From NCBI GenBank assembly GCA_963666835.2, contig CAXXGO010000001.1:896001-960000 (forward strand): a DNA stretch of 64,000 nucleotides, written 5' to 3'. A program made the position numbers and the translations under genes. The notes beneath the pieces were generated by a model. The model was not told the origin of the DNA, ran no database searches, and saw nothing but the letters and a program-made list of their open reading frames with translations. The DNA is from Phycisphaerae bacterium. Lineage in GTDB: Bacteria; Planctomycetota; Phycisphaerae; UBA1845. Shown here in pieces: positions 51,852 to 60,533 of the stretch; position 1 is the stretch's first letter; each line of letters starts with the position of its first letter.

Positions 51852-53087
51852 TTACAACAACCCAACCGGGATCGCCGCGACTCTCTCGGCGAGCGGTAGG
51901 CATTCGCGACAGAGGCACACGACACCCGCCTCGGATCGCCCGGGCTTGAGCCGGTCGAGCGCTGTGAACGACTGGGCCCATTCCCGTCTGGGACTTGCGG
52001 ATTTCTTGATCTCCACGGGGTAGATAACCTGATCCTGCACCAACAGCAGGTCGATCTCCTTGCCGTCTTTGTCGCGGTAGTAGTAGATTGACGGCTGCTT
52101 TCCCCGGTTCCACCAGCTCTTGAGCACCTCTGCGACAACGTATGTCTCCAGGATGGCACCGCTCATTGCCCCCGCTTCGAGCGTCTCCGGCGATGACCAC
52201 TCCGTAAGATACGCACAAAGCCCCGTGTCGAGGAAGTACAACTTCGGTCTTTTGACCAGGCGTTTGGTGATATTCGTGTGATACGGCTGCAACAGCAGCA
52301 CCTGGAAGCTAGCCTGAAGGATCGATAGCCAGTTCTTGGCCGTGTTCACTGCCACATCCGCGTCGCGGGCAAGATCCGTCAAGTTCAGCATCTGCCCCGT
52401 GCGTGCCGCACAGGCCTTCAGGAAGCGGATGAAACTCGATTCGTTGCCAACCTGGGCCAGGTCCTTCACGTCGCGCTGGAGGTACGTCTGCAGGTACGAG
52501 CTGTAGAAAAGGTCGCGATCGCGAATCTGCTTCGTCACCAGCGCCGGAAAAGCCCCCGACCAGATGTCAGCATAGAGTCGTTTGAGAGTCATCGCCGGTG
52601 CCGAGGACTCCCTCTGCTTCAACAGGCGTTTCGAAGGCAAAAACGGAGCGCGGGCGAACTCGCTGCGACGCCGCTCACGGCTCGAGAGGCCGAGCAGCGA
52701 CAAGATTGCCACGCGGCCGGCCAGTGTCTCGGAGACTCCCTTCATCAGGTGGAACTGCTGCGAGCCGGTCAACCAAAACAAGCCCCGCCGCCGCTGCCCG
52801 TCGACGGCCATCTTAATCAACGGAAGAAGCTGGGGCGCATACTGGATCTCATCGATCAACACCGGCGGTTCGTATCGCTCCAGGAACAAGGCCGGTTCCG
52901 TCTGGGCCAAGGCCCGCACGGCCGGATCGTCGAGCGTAACGTAGCGTCGTTTCTTCTCCGCCAGTTGCTGCAGAAGCGTGGTCTTACCGACCTGCCGCGG
53001 GCCGGTAACGAGAATCACGGGGAACTGCTCCGAAGCCGCCGTGCAGCAGTCACTCATTTCGCGAGCGTAGAACATGACATCGTCCAT
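51852..53087 (-). CDS. AAA_14/DUF4143 ATP-binding protein
   Basis: GPRQVGKT, IDEIQY, LTGSQ, KLYFLDTGL, EIDLL..PVEIK. Start is ATG 53087 or 53075, downstream of a promoter. Confidence 0.9.
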   Translation of the reverse strand: MDDVMFYAREMSDCCTAASEQFPVILVTGPRQVGKTTLLQQLAEKKRRYVTLDDPAVRALAQTEPALFLERYEPPVLIDEIQYAPQLLPLIKMAVDGQRRRGLFWLTGSQQFHLMKGVSETLAGRVAILSLLGLSSRERRRSEFARAPFLPSKRLLKQRESSAPAMTLKRLYADIWSGAFPALVTKQIRDRDLFYSSYLQTYLQRDVKDLAQVGNESSFIRFLKACAARTGQMLNLTDLARDADVAVNTAKNWLSILQASFQVLLLQPYHTNITKRLVKRPKLYFLDTGLCAYLTEWSSPETLEAGAMSGAILETYVVAEVLKSWWNRGKQPSIYYYRDKDGKEIDLLLVQDQVIYPVEIKKSASPRREWAQSFTALDRLKPGRSEAGVVCLCRECLPLAERVAAIPVGLL

Positions 53088-53103
53088 TATGCAATTAGAA
53101 CGC

Positions 53104-53132
53104 ATGATAGACGGAACCGGTGATCCTGTCAA
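53104..53132 (-). promoter_or_regulatory. Sigma70-type promoter TTGACA-N17-TATCAT, followed by dyad ATGC-N9-GCAT before the ATG
   Basis: Minus strand reads TTGACAggatcaccggttccgtcTATCATgcgttctaattgcataATG. Confidence 0.75.
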
Positions 53133-53146
53133 GCCCGGCATTTCGG

Positions 53147-53190
53147 AGGACTTAAGCGCCGGGGAGCATATCAGGCTCACAGCCCGGAGG
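53147..53190 (+). other. Degenerate second att-like site (AGGACTTA-N18-AGGCTCACAGCCCGGAGG)
   Basis: Same motif and same 18-nt spacing as 35718-35761; 16/18 identity in the tRNA-like part. Confidence 0.6.
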
Positions 53191-53196
53191 GGCTTG

Positions 53197-53232
53197 CCGA
53201 CATTTTGAACCCCCGCCCAAACCGAGGCGACC
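53197..53232. repeat. 36-bp direct repeat, right copy
   Basis: 33/36 identical to 35453-35488. Confidence 0.85.
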
Positions 53233-53416
53233 GGCCGACCGAGTCTGTTGCCCGGGTCCTTGGCCAATCGACTTGCGCGGTCGCTCGAACGCGGTAGAAT
53301 GCGGCAACGACTGCCACAAACTGCGTAAGCTGACAGTCAACGACGGCGAGTGTGGGTGCGTCGAACGGCTGAGTGGATGTCTGGAGTTTTTGCGAACTCG
53401 ACGGGCTCGCCGGTGA

Positions 53417-53674
53417 TCACTCGGCTACCTGTTTCTTCCACTTCGCTCTCATCCGCTCTTCGAACGAGGTGTGGCATTCGGGCCGCTCGCCCGTCACGAT
53501 GGCTTCGAATGCGCCGATGAAGCTGTACTTCCGCGATTGGTCTTTCCGCACACGCCCAACCAGTGACTGCCAGCTTTGCTCTTGTCCGTTCTTCTCGTAG
53601 AGCTTCTTGGCCTGCACAAGGTGTTCCAGTGCGTACCTGTAGTACTTGCTCTTGCCCGCGACGACGATGCGCAA
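53417..53674 (-). pseudogene. C-terminal fragment of a helical hypothetical protein, 5' truncated
   Basis: GKSKYYRYALEHL..AKKLY..RKYSFIGAFE looks like a real protein tail; TTG start without an RBS and abrupt beginning. Confidence 0.5.
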
Positions 53675-53742
53675 CCGTGTGAATCAGAGGGTCCGCTTTC
53701 TTTCGTCTCGCCATGTTTGTCGATCCGGCTCCAGGAGCAGCG

Positions 53743-54234
53743 TCAATCCTCGTCCGGCACGTCCCGGACGTGAGTGGTTGGTTCCTCGCATAACTCATCT
53801 TCGGGGACGAACGTGATGCGCATGCCCCAGCCGGCATGCACACAAAGGAGCCGCCCAAACTCGCGAAGAGACAGCTCGTGGTCATCGATATACACGGTAG
53901 CTTCACCGTCTTCGCCGCCGTCACTCACTACGCACCGGAGCACATCGCCTCGCGGGACCCACTGATCCCCGCGCTCAGAGTACCTGATCTGCGGGCGTCC
54001 CTCCGGAATCTCCGTGGCGAAGTACACGTGCTCAGCCGCAAGCTCCCGCCGAGCGCGCAGGATTTCGTTGTGAAGATCCAGGATCTGCTGATCCGTCGTG
54101 TCCCGGATTTCATCTCCGATCTCGAGATGAACCGTGGCAACCGTCGGATCCCCATACTCGATCACGGCGCTCGTGTTCTCTCGGCCTATTCGCACCTCAT
54201 CGATGTTCGCGACACAAGGCCTCTTCTTGCGCAT
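53743..54234 (-). CDS. Hypothetical protein
   Basis: Natural composition, AG-rich RBS upstream; WVPRGDVLRC..IDDHELSLREFGRLL..GWGMRITFVP. Confidence 0.7.
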   Translation of the reverse strand: MRKKRPCVANIDEVRIGRENTSAVIEYGDPTVATVHLEIGDEIRDTTDQQILDLHNEILRARRELAAEHVYFATEIPEGRPQIRYSERGDQWVPRGDVLRCVVSDGGEDGEATVYIDDHELSLREFGRLLCVHAGWGMRITFVPEDELCEEPTTHVRDVPDED

Positions 54235-54342
54235 GGCTGCTCTACCTCACTCTTTCCTTTCGACCCGGGGGCTTCCTCGGACAGCGGCCGGCCAATTGCC
54301 TGAAATCCGTAGTACTGATACTCGCTCACGATTCATCTCTCT

Positions 54343-54489
54343 TCACGCGCCGCCGGCCCGGTGACGGTACGCTTCGATCCACTCGGCGCCCGGTTCGTTG
54401 TGGCAATCCGCCGTCGCTTCCTCGATGAGCGCGGCGAGGCGTCTTCTGTTTGAGGAGGACCGCTCTATTCTCTTGAGCTTCTCAGTCAT
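54343..54489 (-). pseudogene. 48-aa ORF, probable internally deleted remnant of a small conserved protein
   Basis: MTEKLKRIERSSSNRRRLAALIEEATADCHNEPGAEWIEAYRHRAGGA with strong RBS AGGAGGAGG; below the ORF-track cutoff. Confidence 0.55.
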
Positions 54490-54509
54490 CCACCTCCTCC
54501 TTAACCGTC

Positions 54510-55661
54510 TTAGCTAATACTCTCAAGCAGACGCGAGGCGGCCACAGCGGTGACGCGTTTGTGCATCGGAAACGTCTTGTCGCCGGCATGCACTAAGAAG
54601 GCCTTTTGAATCCCCAGCGTTTCGATGGCGGTGTGCAGTGAACTCGTGAGCTTGGGCGACGACGTGCGTTTGAACTCGAATCCCCAGCGGCGGCGGCCAT
54701 GGACCCAAAGTAGATCAAGCTCGGCACCGGAATGCGTTGCCCAGAAGAAGCACTCCTCGGGGGCGGCGCCGACGTGCTCTGTCACCTGTTGCAGCAGAAA
54801 GCCCTCCCAAGACGCGCCGACCTTTGGATGTCGTTCAAGATCTCTGCGCTCCCGGATGCCGAGCAGTCCATGTAGGATGCCCGAATCCCGCACGTAGACC
54901 TTCGGCGACTTCACCTGCCGCTTGCGGACATTCTCATGCCACGGTTGCAGGACCTTCGCTACCTGCGCAGCCTGAAGTGTGTCCAGGTAGTGCCGCACGG
55001 TCTTATCGCTCACGCCGAACGAGCGGGCAAACTCGGCGCCGTTCCATACCTGGCCGTGATAATGAGCCAGCATCGACCAGAACCGCGACAGCGTCGGGGC
55101 CGGAACGCGCACGCCAAGCTGGGGCAGGTCCCGCTCGAGAAACGTACGGATGAAGCTCTGTCGCCATGCGAAGCTGGCATTATGGGTTCTGGCCAGGTAG
55201 GACAGCGGGAAGCCGCCACGCAGCCAGAGACGATCGAGCTGATCGAGCCCGACCTCACTCATGTTGAATCCGCCGAGCGTGTAGAATGTGATTCGACCCG
55301 CCAGCGTCTCTGACGATTGACGAAGCAGCTCCGGCGAGGCGCTGCCCAGGACGAGAAAGCGTGTCCGTCGCGGCCGCCGATCAGCGAGAACGCGCAGAAC
55401 CGGGAAGATGTCCGGTTGGCGCTGAATCTCGTCGATGACCACGAGTCCCTTGAGATCAGCCAGGGCCAACTTAGGGTCGGAAAGGCGAGCCAGATCGGCC
55501 GGATCCTCCAAGTCGAAGCGTTCGCCCAGTGGTTTGGTCTGCCTCAGGATCTCCAGGGCCAGGGTGGTCTTCCCCACCTGCCGGGCTCCCAGAATGGCCA
55601 CAATGGGGAACTGCCGGAGCAGACGCCGGACGGTGTTCAGATGTCGCTCTCGTGAGACCAT
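54510..55661 (-). CDS. Second AAA_14/DUF4143 ATP-binding protein
   Basis: GARQVGKT, IDEIQR, LGSAS, RGGFP, KVYVRDSG, ELDLL..GFEFK. Start is ATG 55661 or 55673. Confidence 0.9.
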   Translation of the reverse strand: MVSRERHLNTVRRLLRQFPIVAILGARQVGKTTLALEILRQTKPLGERFDLEDPADLARLSDPKLALADLKGLVVIDEIQRQPDIFPVLRVLADRRPRRTRFLVLGSASPELLRQSSETLAGRITFYTLGGFNMSEVGLDQLDRLWLRGGFPLSYLARTHNASFAWRQSFIRTFLERDLPQLGVRVPAPTLSRFWSMLAHYHGQVWNGAEFARSFGVSDKTVRHYLDTLQAAQVAKVLQPWHENVRKRQVKSPKVYVRDSGILHGLLGIRERRDLERHPKVGASWEGFLLQQVTEHVGAAPEECFFWATHSGAELDLLWVHGRRRWGFEFKRTSSPKLTSSLHTAIETLGIQKAFLVHAGDKTFPMHKRVTAVAASRLLESIS

Positions 55662-56185
55662 GGATCGGATCATATCGGAAAAATAGGAGGCTGTCTCCGA
55701 GATTTCACGCAGGAATCGGGACTTTTTTTGCCCGGTGTCGGGAGTCACACCGCCGCCGGGCATGCAGCAGACGGTGCCTCGTGCCGCCGAGCCACTGAAC
55801 CTGCCGCCAGCGAGAGAAGCCGGCCAAGACGTAGGGGCGCGTCGGCACCGGAAACCTGCGAAGCGGGCCGCGCGTGTGATCGGGTTACCGCGGTCGCCGT
55901 GGGAGGGAACCGCCTTGGGGACGGTTGACACAAGCCTGCCGGCCAGGTCCGGGAACGGCCCCCGCCAAGCGCGGCCGGGCGCCGTCTCCTGCCTCGCGGG
56001 CGGTGCGGCGGCGGCGCAAGAGTGCGACGACCCGGCCCCCCGCCATAACCTCCGGTACAGCCAGAGTCTGTCGCCCCCCAAGCCCCGCCCGTAAGATGGC
56101 CTCCGGGCGCGCTTCCCCCGATGCCCGCTTTCGGCGGTCCAGCGGACAGCCGCCCGGGACGAAGGAACCGCACGTGGAAACGAAC

Positions 56186-57406
56186 ATGGACGCGTGGGTA
56201 CTTGTGGTGTTCGCCTTGGTCTATGTAGGCATGATGCTGGGGCGTTGGCCTGGGCTCGCCGTCGATCGGACGGGCGTGGCGCTTCTGGGGGCGATCGTGC
56301 TGCTGGCGACCGGCCGCACGTCCATCGAGGAGGCCTGGCGGGCCATCGACGCGCCCACGCTGGCGCTGTTGCTCGGTCTCATGGTCGTCTCAGCGCAGTT
56401 CCGTCTGGCTGGCATGTACTCGGCCATTACCCACCACCTGGCCAAATCGAATGTCAGCCCGCCATGTTTGCTCTTCTTCCTGATAGCCGTGGCCGGGGGC
56501 CTGTCAGCCGTGTTGGCCAACGATATCGTGTGCCTGGCGATGACGCCGTTGCTCGTTGAAGGTTGTGCGCGACGCGGTCTGCGGCCCTTGCCCTTCCTTC
56601 TCGGCCTCGCCTGCGCCGCGAACGTTGGTTCGGCTGCTACACTGATCGGCAATCCCCAGAATATGCTGATCGGACAGAAGCTGTCGCTGGCGTTCGCAAG
56701 CTACCTGCTTTCGGGAATCCCTCCGGCCGTGCTGGGCTGTGTCGCAACATGGGGGGTGCTCAGCTGGCAGTTCCGTAACCGCTGGGAAGCTCCTCCAAGC
56801 GGACTGGTTGTGGCCGTGCCGCCCTTCAACCTCTGGCAGTGTGGCAAGGGCGTGCTGGTCCTCGGTGTGCTAATCATGCTGTTTCTGGTGGGGCCCTGGC
56901 CGCGGGAGGTTGTCGCATTGGCGGCAGCCGCCGTGCTTCTCATGAGCCGACGGATGCACTCGCGGGAGATGCTCGCGCTAGTCGACTGGCAATTGCTTGT
57001 GCTCTTTGCAGGTCTGTTCATAGTCAATCATGGACTTGCGGCATCTAGTTGGTTCGACACGGGCGTGGCTCGACTGGCCGGCGCAGGCGTGGACATACGC
57101 CGGCCCGGCTGGTTGTTCGGCTCTACGGTAGTCCTATCCAATCTCGTATCGAATGTGCCGGCCGTCATGCTTCTGCTGCCTGCCGCCGAGCATCCGCAGG
57201 CCGGCGCCATCTTGGCTCTGGCCAGTACCTTGGCTGGGAACCTCATCATCGTCGGCAGCATTGCGAACATCATCGTAGTGGATCAGGCAGCGCGCCTGAA
57301 CACCCGGATAACGTGGCTCGATCACGCACGCTCCGGGGTGCCTGTCACAATCGTCACGCTGGCTCTTGCTGCCGGCTGGCTCTGGCTCTTAGTCCGAGTG
57401 GCTTGA
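56186..57406 (+). CDS. Anion transporter (ArsB/NhaD/CitMHS, IT superfamily)
   Basis: Many TM helices; SAVLANDIVC, AANVGSAATLIGNPQN, SNLVSNVPA, STLAGNLIIVGSIANIIV. Confidence 0.9.
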   Translation: MDAWVLVVFALVYVGMMLGRWPGLAVDRTGVALLGAIVLLATGRTSIEEAWRAIDAPTLALLLGLMVVSAQFRLAGMYSAITHHLAKSNVSPPCLLFFLIAVAGGLSAVLANDIVCLAMTPLLVEGCARRGLRPLPFLLGLACAANVGSAATLIGNPQNMLIGQKLSLAFASYLLSGIPPAVLGCVATWGVLSWQFRNRWEAPPSGLVVAVPPFNLWQCGKGVLVLGVLIMLFLVGPWPREVVALAAAAVLLMSRRMHSREMLALVDWQLLVLFAGLFIVNHGLAASSWFDTGVARLAGAGVDIRRPGWLFGSTVVLSNLVSNVPAVMLLLPAAEHPQAGAILALASTLAGNLIIVGSIANIIVVDQAARLNTRITWLDHARSGVPVTIVTLALAAGWLWLLVRVA

Positions 57407-57545
57407 GGCAACCGCACTTGCGAACGTCGCCGCCAGATCATCGCCCATTGCTGCTGCTCGTCCGGATGCATGATCAGTTCCCGTCTGATCTCGACTTCGG
57501 CGCCGATGTAGTCGTCCTCAGAGAACCTGATACGTAGCGTGGTGA

Positions 57546-57565
57546 TGAGTAAGCGCCCATCAGCA
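57546..57565. repeat. 20-bp direct repeat, right copy
   Basis: Exact match to 34057-34076. Confidence 0.8.
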
Positions 57566-57716
57566 CCATGGGCGGCCGTCAACGGTACCGAGGTGCGGTT
57601 CTTGGCGGACAATTGCCGAGAGATTGCGCCGGCGGCATGCGTGACGGCGTGCGTCTGAGCGCGGTAATTTCACTGGAGACCGATGGCACCGGTCATGGAC
57701 TCCGGCAGTCTCCGGA

Positions 57717-58190
57717 CTACTCGCGCTTCCTTGCTTTCAGCTTCGCATGCACGCCTTGCTGCAGAGTTTTGAATGTATTCTCGACCATTTCGACGCCCAA
57801 CAGGACGACCACTCCAAGAAAGGCAACTTTGATCCCCGTTGCGTGATACCCCGAAGCGACGGTGACCCCAATCGCCGCAAGTATCCATATCGCGGCTGCC
57901 GATGTGACCCCAATCACAATTCCATTGCGGGACATCATCACACCTGCGCCGAGGAAGCCAACTCCGGTGATTATCTGCCCTATAACACGCGACGGATCCG
58001 TGACTTCCGAGGCTGCGGCGTTTGCGATCGAGACGAAGATATAGGTACTCAGACAAATCAGCGTACTGGTGCGTATGCCGACAGGTTTGCCAAAGACCTG
58101 CCTCTCCAGGCCAATGATTGCACCGCATGCCATCGCACTCAGAATACCCGGCCAGCTCAACGGGGTGATCGTCAGAATGTCGTCAAGCAT
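57717..58190 (-). CDS. MgtC/SapB family membrane protein
   Basis: IIGLERQ, GIRT, DPSRVIGQIITGVGFLGAG, GVTSAAAIW. Confidence 0.92.
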   Translation of the reverse strand: MLDDILTITPLSWPGILSAMACGAIIGLERQVFGKPVGIRTSTLICLSTYIFVSIANAAASEVTDPSRVIGQIITGVGFLGAGVMMSRNGIVIGVTSAAAIWILAAIGVTVASGYHATGIKVAFLGVVVLLGVEMVENTFKTLQQGVHAKLKARKRE

Positions 58191-58227
58191 GGGACTTCCT
58201 CACTCCGGCCGTCTCGGCCGACCCGCA

Positions 58228-58737
58228 TCAAAGGGACTTCACGTAGATTACCTTGTCATCGCCGGGCGAGTAGAAGTCGGGCAGGACGGCCGCCCGAGTG
58301 TAGCCCATACGTTCATAAAACGCCCTCGTCGAAACATACGCATCCCGGCCGGAGGTGTCAACGTACATGCGGGTTCCGCCCTTATCTGCAATCCATCTCT
58401 CGATATCGTCCAGTAGTCGCCCGCCGATTCCGGAGTGCTGCCAGGAGGGATGCACAGCAATCCAATACAAGTCGTAACTTGAGACGGTGCATGGAATGGG
58501 GCCGAAGCACGCGTAGCCGATGACATCGCCCTCGGACTCCGCAACCGTAAAAAGATAGCCGGAGTTAGCTCCTTCCTTGAGAAACTCACTGACCAGTTCG
58601 GCTGCGATTTGAATCTCCGCAGGACTGAACATCTTGGTCGCCTCAACGAGCGTGCGGATTGCAGGCAAATCGGAGCCCCTGAGATGTGATCGTAGTGTGA
58701 CCGCCAGCTCTGATGGGGTAGGTTTGCGGATGCTCAC
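58228..58737 (-). CDS. GNAT N-acetyltransferase
   Basis: DLYWIAVHPSWQHSGIGGRLL, TRAFYERMGY, DFYSPGDDK. Confidence 0.9.
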   Translation of the reverse strand: MSIRKPTPSELAVTLRSHLRGSDLPAIRTLVEATKMFSPAEIQIAAELVSEFLKEGANSGYLFTVAESEGDVIGYACFGPIPCTVSSYDLYWIAVHPSWQHSGIGGRLLDDIERWIADKGGTRMYVDTSGRDAYVSTRAFYERMGYTRAAVLPDFYSPGDDKVIYVKSL

Positions 58738-60533
58738 ATTTTGGTCCTTACTTTGGAGGAGGGGCTGCCAGCGTGGGATCGTGGGTTTACCGCAAGATGT
58801 CCCTCCACCAATCCGTTGAAAAACGAACGCGCATTCACACCAAGCGTTCGAGTACGGTATCCGCCTTCCTGCACGACGAGCGTCGGCAGATGCAATTGCC
58901 CGATCAACCGACCGTTCTCCTGGAAATCACGCACTCCTAGCGCCCATGTTCCAGTTGGATCACCTTTGGCAGTATCGAGCCCCAATGTCACCACAAGAAA
59001 CCGCGGGGCGAATCGGCGGATTTTGGAAAGCGCCTTACTCAGCGTGGCTCTGAACCGCTCTCCAGCAACGGCTTCCGGCAGTGGGAGATTCACATTTAGT
59101 CCTTCGGCGCTTCCCTTGCCTCGATCGTCCTCGAATCCGCTGAAGTACGGATACGCAAAGCTCGGATGGCCGTGGAGGGAGATTGTGAGCACATCGCAAC
59201 GGTCGTAGAAAATGTCCTCCTGGCCGTTGCCGTGATGGTAGTCGATGTCGAGAATCGCAACGTTCCCGTGCTGAGTCAAGAAGTGAGCCGCAATCGCGGC
59301 ATTGTTGAAATAGCAAAAACCTCCGAACGAGCGACGTTCAGCGTGGTGGCCCGGCGGGCGCACGAGGGCATACGCAAGTCGTTCTCCCTTGAGCAGCTCT
59401 TCCGCCGCCGTAAGAGTGCAGTCGACTGCTCGCTTTGCAGCGGGGAACACGTTCTGGTTAAGTGGCGTGAACGTGTCGATGCAATAATAGCCCGCGCGTA
59501 CGGAGAGCTCCTTTGGCGGCCGAGCCTGATTGCGGATCGGAAACACATACGGGTATACGGACTTTCCCGAGGGAACCGACTGGCAGGCCCGTTTAAGATA
59601 GTCGACGAATGCGTTGTCATGAACAGCACGAATATGGCGTTCTGCAAACTCTCGCGGTACAACCGTGCGAAACAGTCCCGTCTTGTTGAGTTCACCTTGG
59701 ATCGCGGCGATACGAACCGGCGCCTCCACGTAGCCGCGATCCCGGATGTGGTGAATATCATGCCTGTCGTTTACGACGAGAGCAATACAGGCCCTTATTG
59801 TGATTGACCGTGTGCCGGCTTCTTTGTGGCCTTCATCGGGTCTGTGGTATCGGAACTCTCTGAGACGGACAGGGTCCTCCCGAAGCGAGTCGACTACGCG
59901 CGCGATGTAATCCGGTGGACATACTTCCCCGTACTTGCGCTCCAGTATAGCGCGAACCACCTGACGGGCCTTGCCTCTCGCCAGATGGTGCCCCCTATCC
60001 AGGCCGTCGTACATCAGGTACGGCATATCGAGCTGCCCGGGCTTGATTGGCGCGTGATACTGGTTTCCGGTCAATGGGCGTACGCCGAAACGCTCGTAAA
60101 ACCGGAGTCTTGCGATATTCTGTTTAAGGAGGGACTGATCCTCTACGCTCTCCGGATCATCCGGAAGACACTCGAAAAAGAGGCCAATGGTATCGCTGGC
60201 CGCCGCCTCCTCGCGCACGCGAGTGTACAGCGCTCCCCCGACGCCACCACCGGTGCCGCGCAGGCTCGCGGCGATGTAATCGAGATACCAGAAACGAATT
60301 TCCGGCTCGTGCAACACCAAGGCGAATCCGCGCACGTTGCCGTTCACATCGTCGGCGACGTAGAGAAACGAGCGGAATTTGTGCTTTAAGGGATTCCGCA
60401 GCTTCTCCGGCAAAGACTCAATCTCGTCGGCATCGATGTCGGGGAACTGGTCCCGCAACATTTGCTGGACCTGCGCGATCTCACGTGCATCAATGGGAAG
60501 CAGATCATCGAATACCCGGCGAATCCTAAGCAT
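58734..60533 (-). CDS. GNAT-like domain fused to histone-deacetylase-family (acetylpolyamine amidohydrolase-like) domain
   Basis: N-terminal GGGVGGALY..RLRFYERFG; HDAC motifs RPPGHHA, GGFCYFNN, DIDYHHGNG, GLDT, QEGGY. Confidence 0.9.
   Translation of the reverse strand: MLRIRRVFDDLLPIDAREIAQVQQMLRDQFPDIDADEIESLPEKLRNPLKHKFRSFLYVADDVNGNVRGFALVLHEPEIRFWYLDYIAASLRGTGGGVGGALYTRVREEAAASDTIGLFFECLPDDPESVEDQSLLKQNIARLRFYERFGVRPLTGNQYHAPIKPGQLDMPYLMYDGLDRGHHLARGKARQVVRAILERKYGEVCPPDYIARVVDSLREDPVRLREFRYHRPDEGHKEAGTRSITIRACIALVVNDRHDIHHIRDRGYVEAPVRIAAIQGELNKTGLFRTVVPREFAERHIRAVHDNAFVDYLKRACQSVPSGKSVYPYVFPIRNQARPPKELSVRAGYYCIDTFTPLNQNVFPAAKRAVDCTLTAAEELLKGERLAYALVRPPGHHAERRSFGGFCYFNNAAIAAHFLTQHGNVAILDIDYHHGNGQEDIFYDRCDVLTISLHGHPSFAYPYFSGFEDDRGKGSAEGLNVNLPLPEAVAGERFRATLSKALSKIRRFAPRFLVVTLGLDTAKGDPTGTWALGVRDFQENGRLIGQLHLPTLVVQEGGYRTRTLGVNARSFFNGLVEGHLAVNPRSHAGSPSSKVRTKM

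Noticed and set aside
53273..53300. Plus-strand promoter-like TTGCGC-N16-TAGAAT
   Set aside because: No credible plus-strand gene downstream and a weak -35.
57322..57612. 96-aa minus-strand ORF spanning the right 20-bp repeat as a gene
   Set aside because: No recognisable motif and it overlaps the transporter end. It could be a disrupted target-gene remnant, but this is unsupported.
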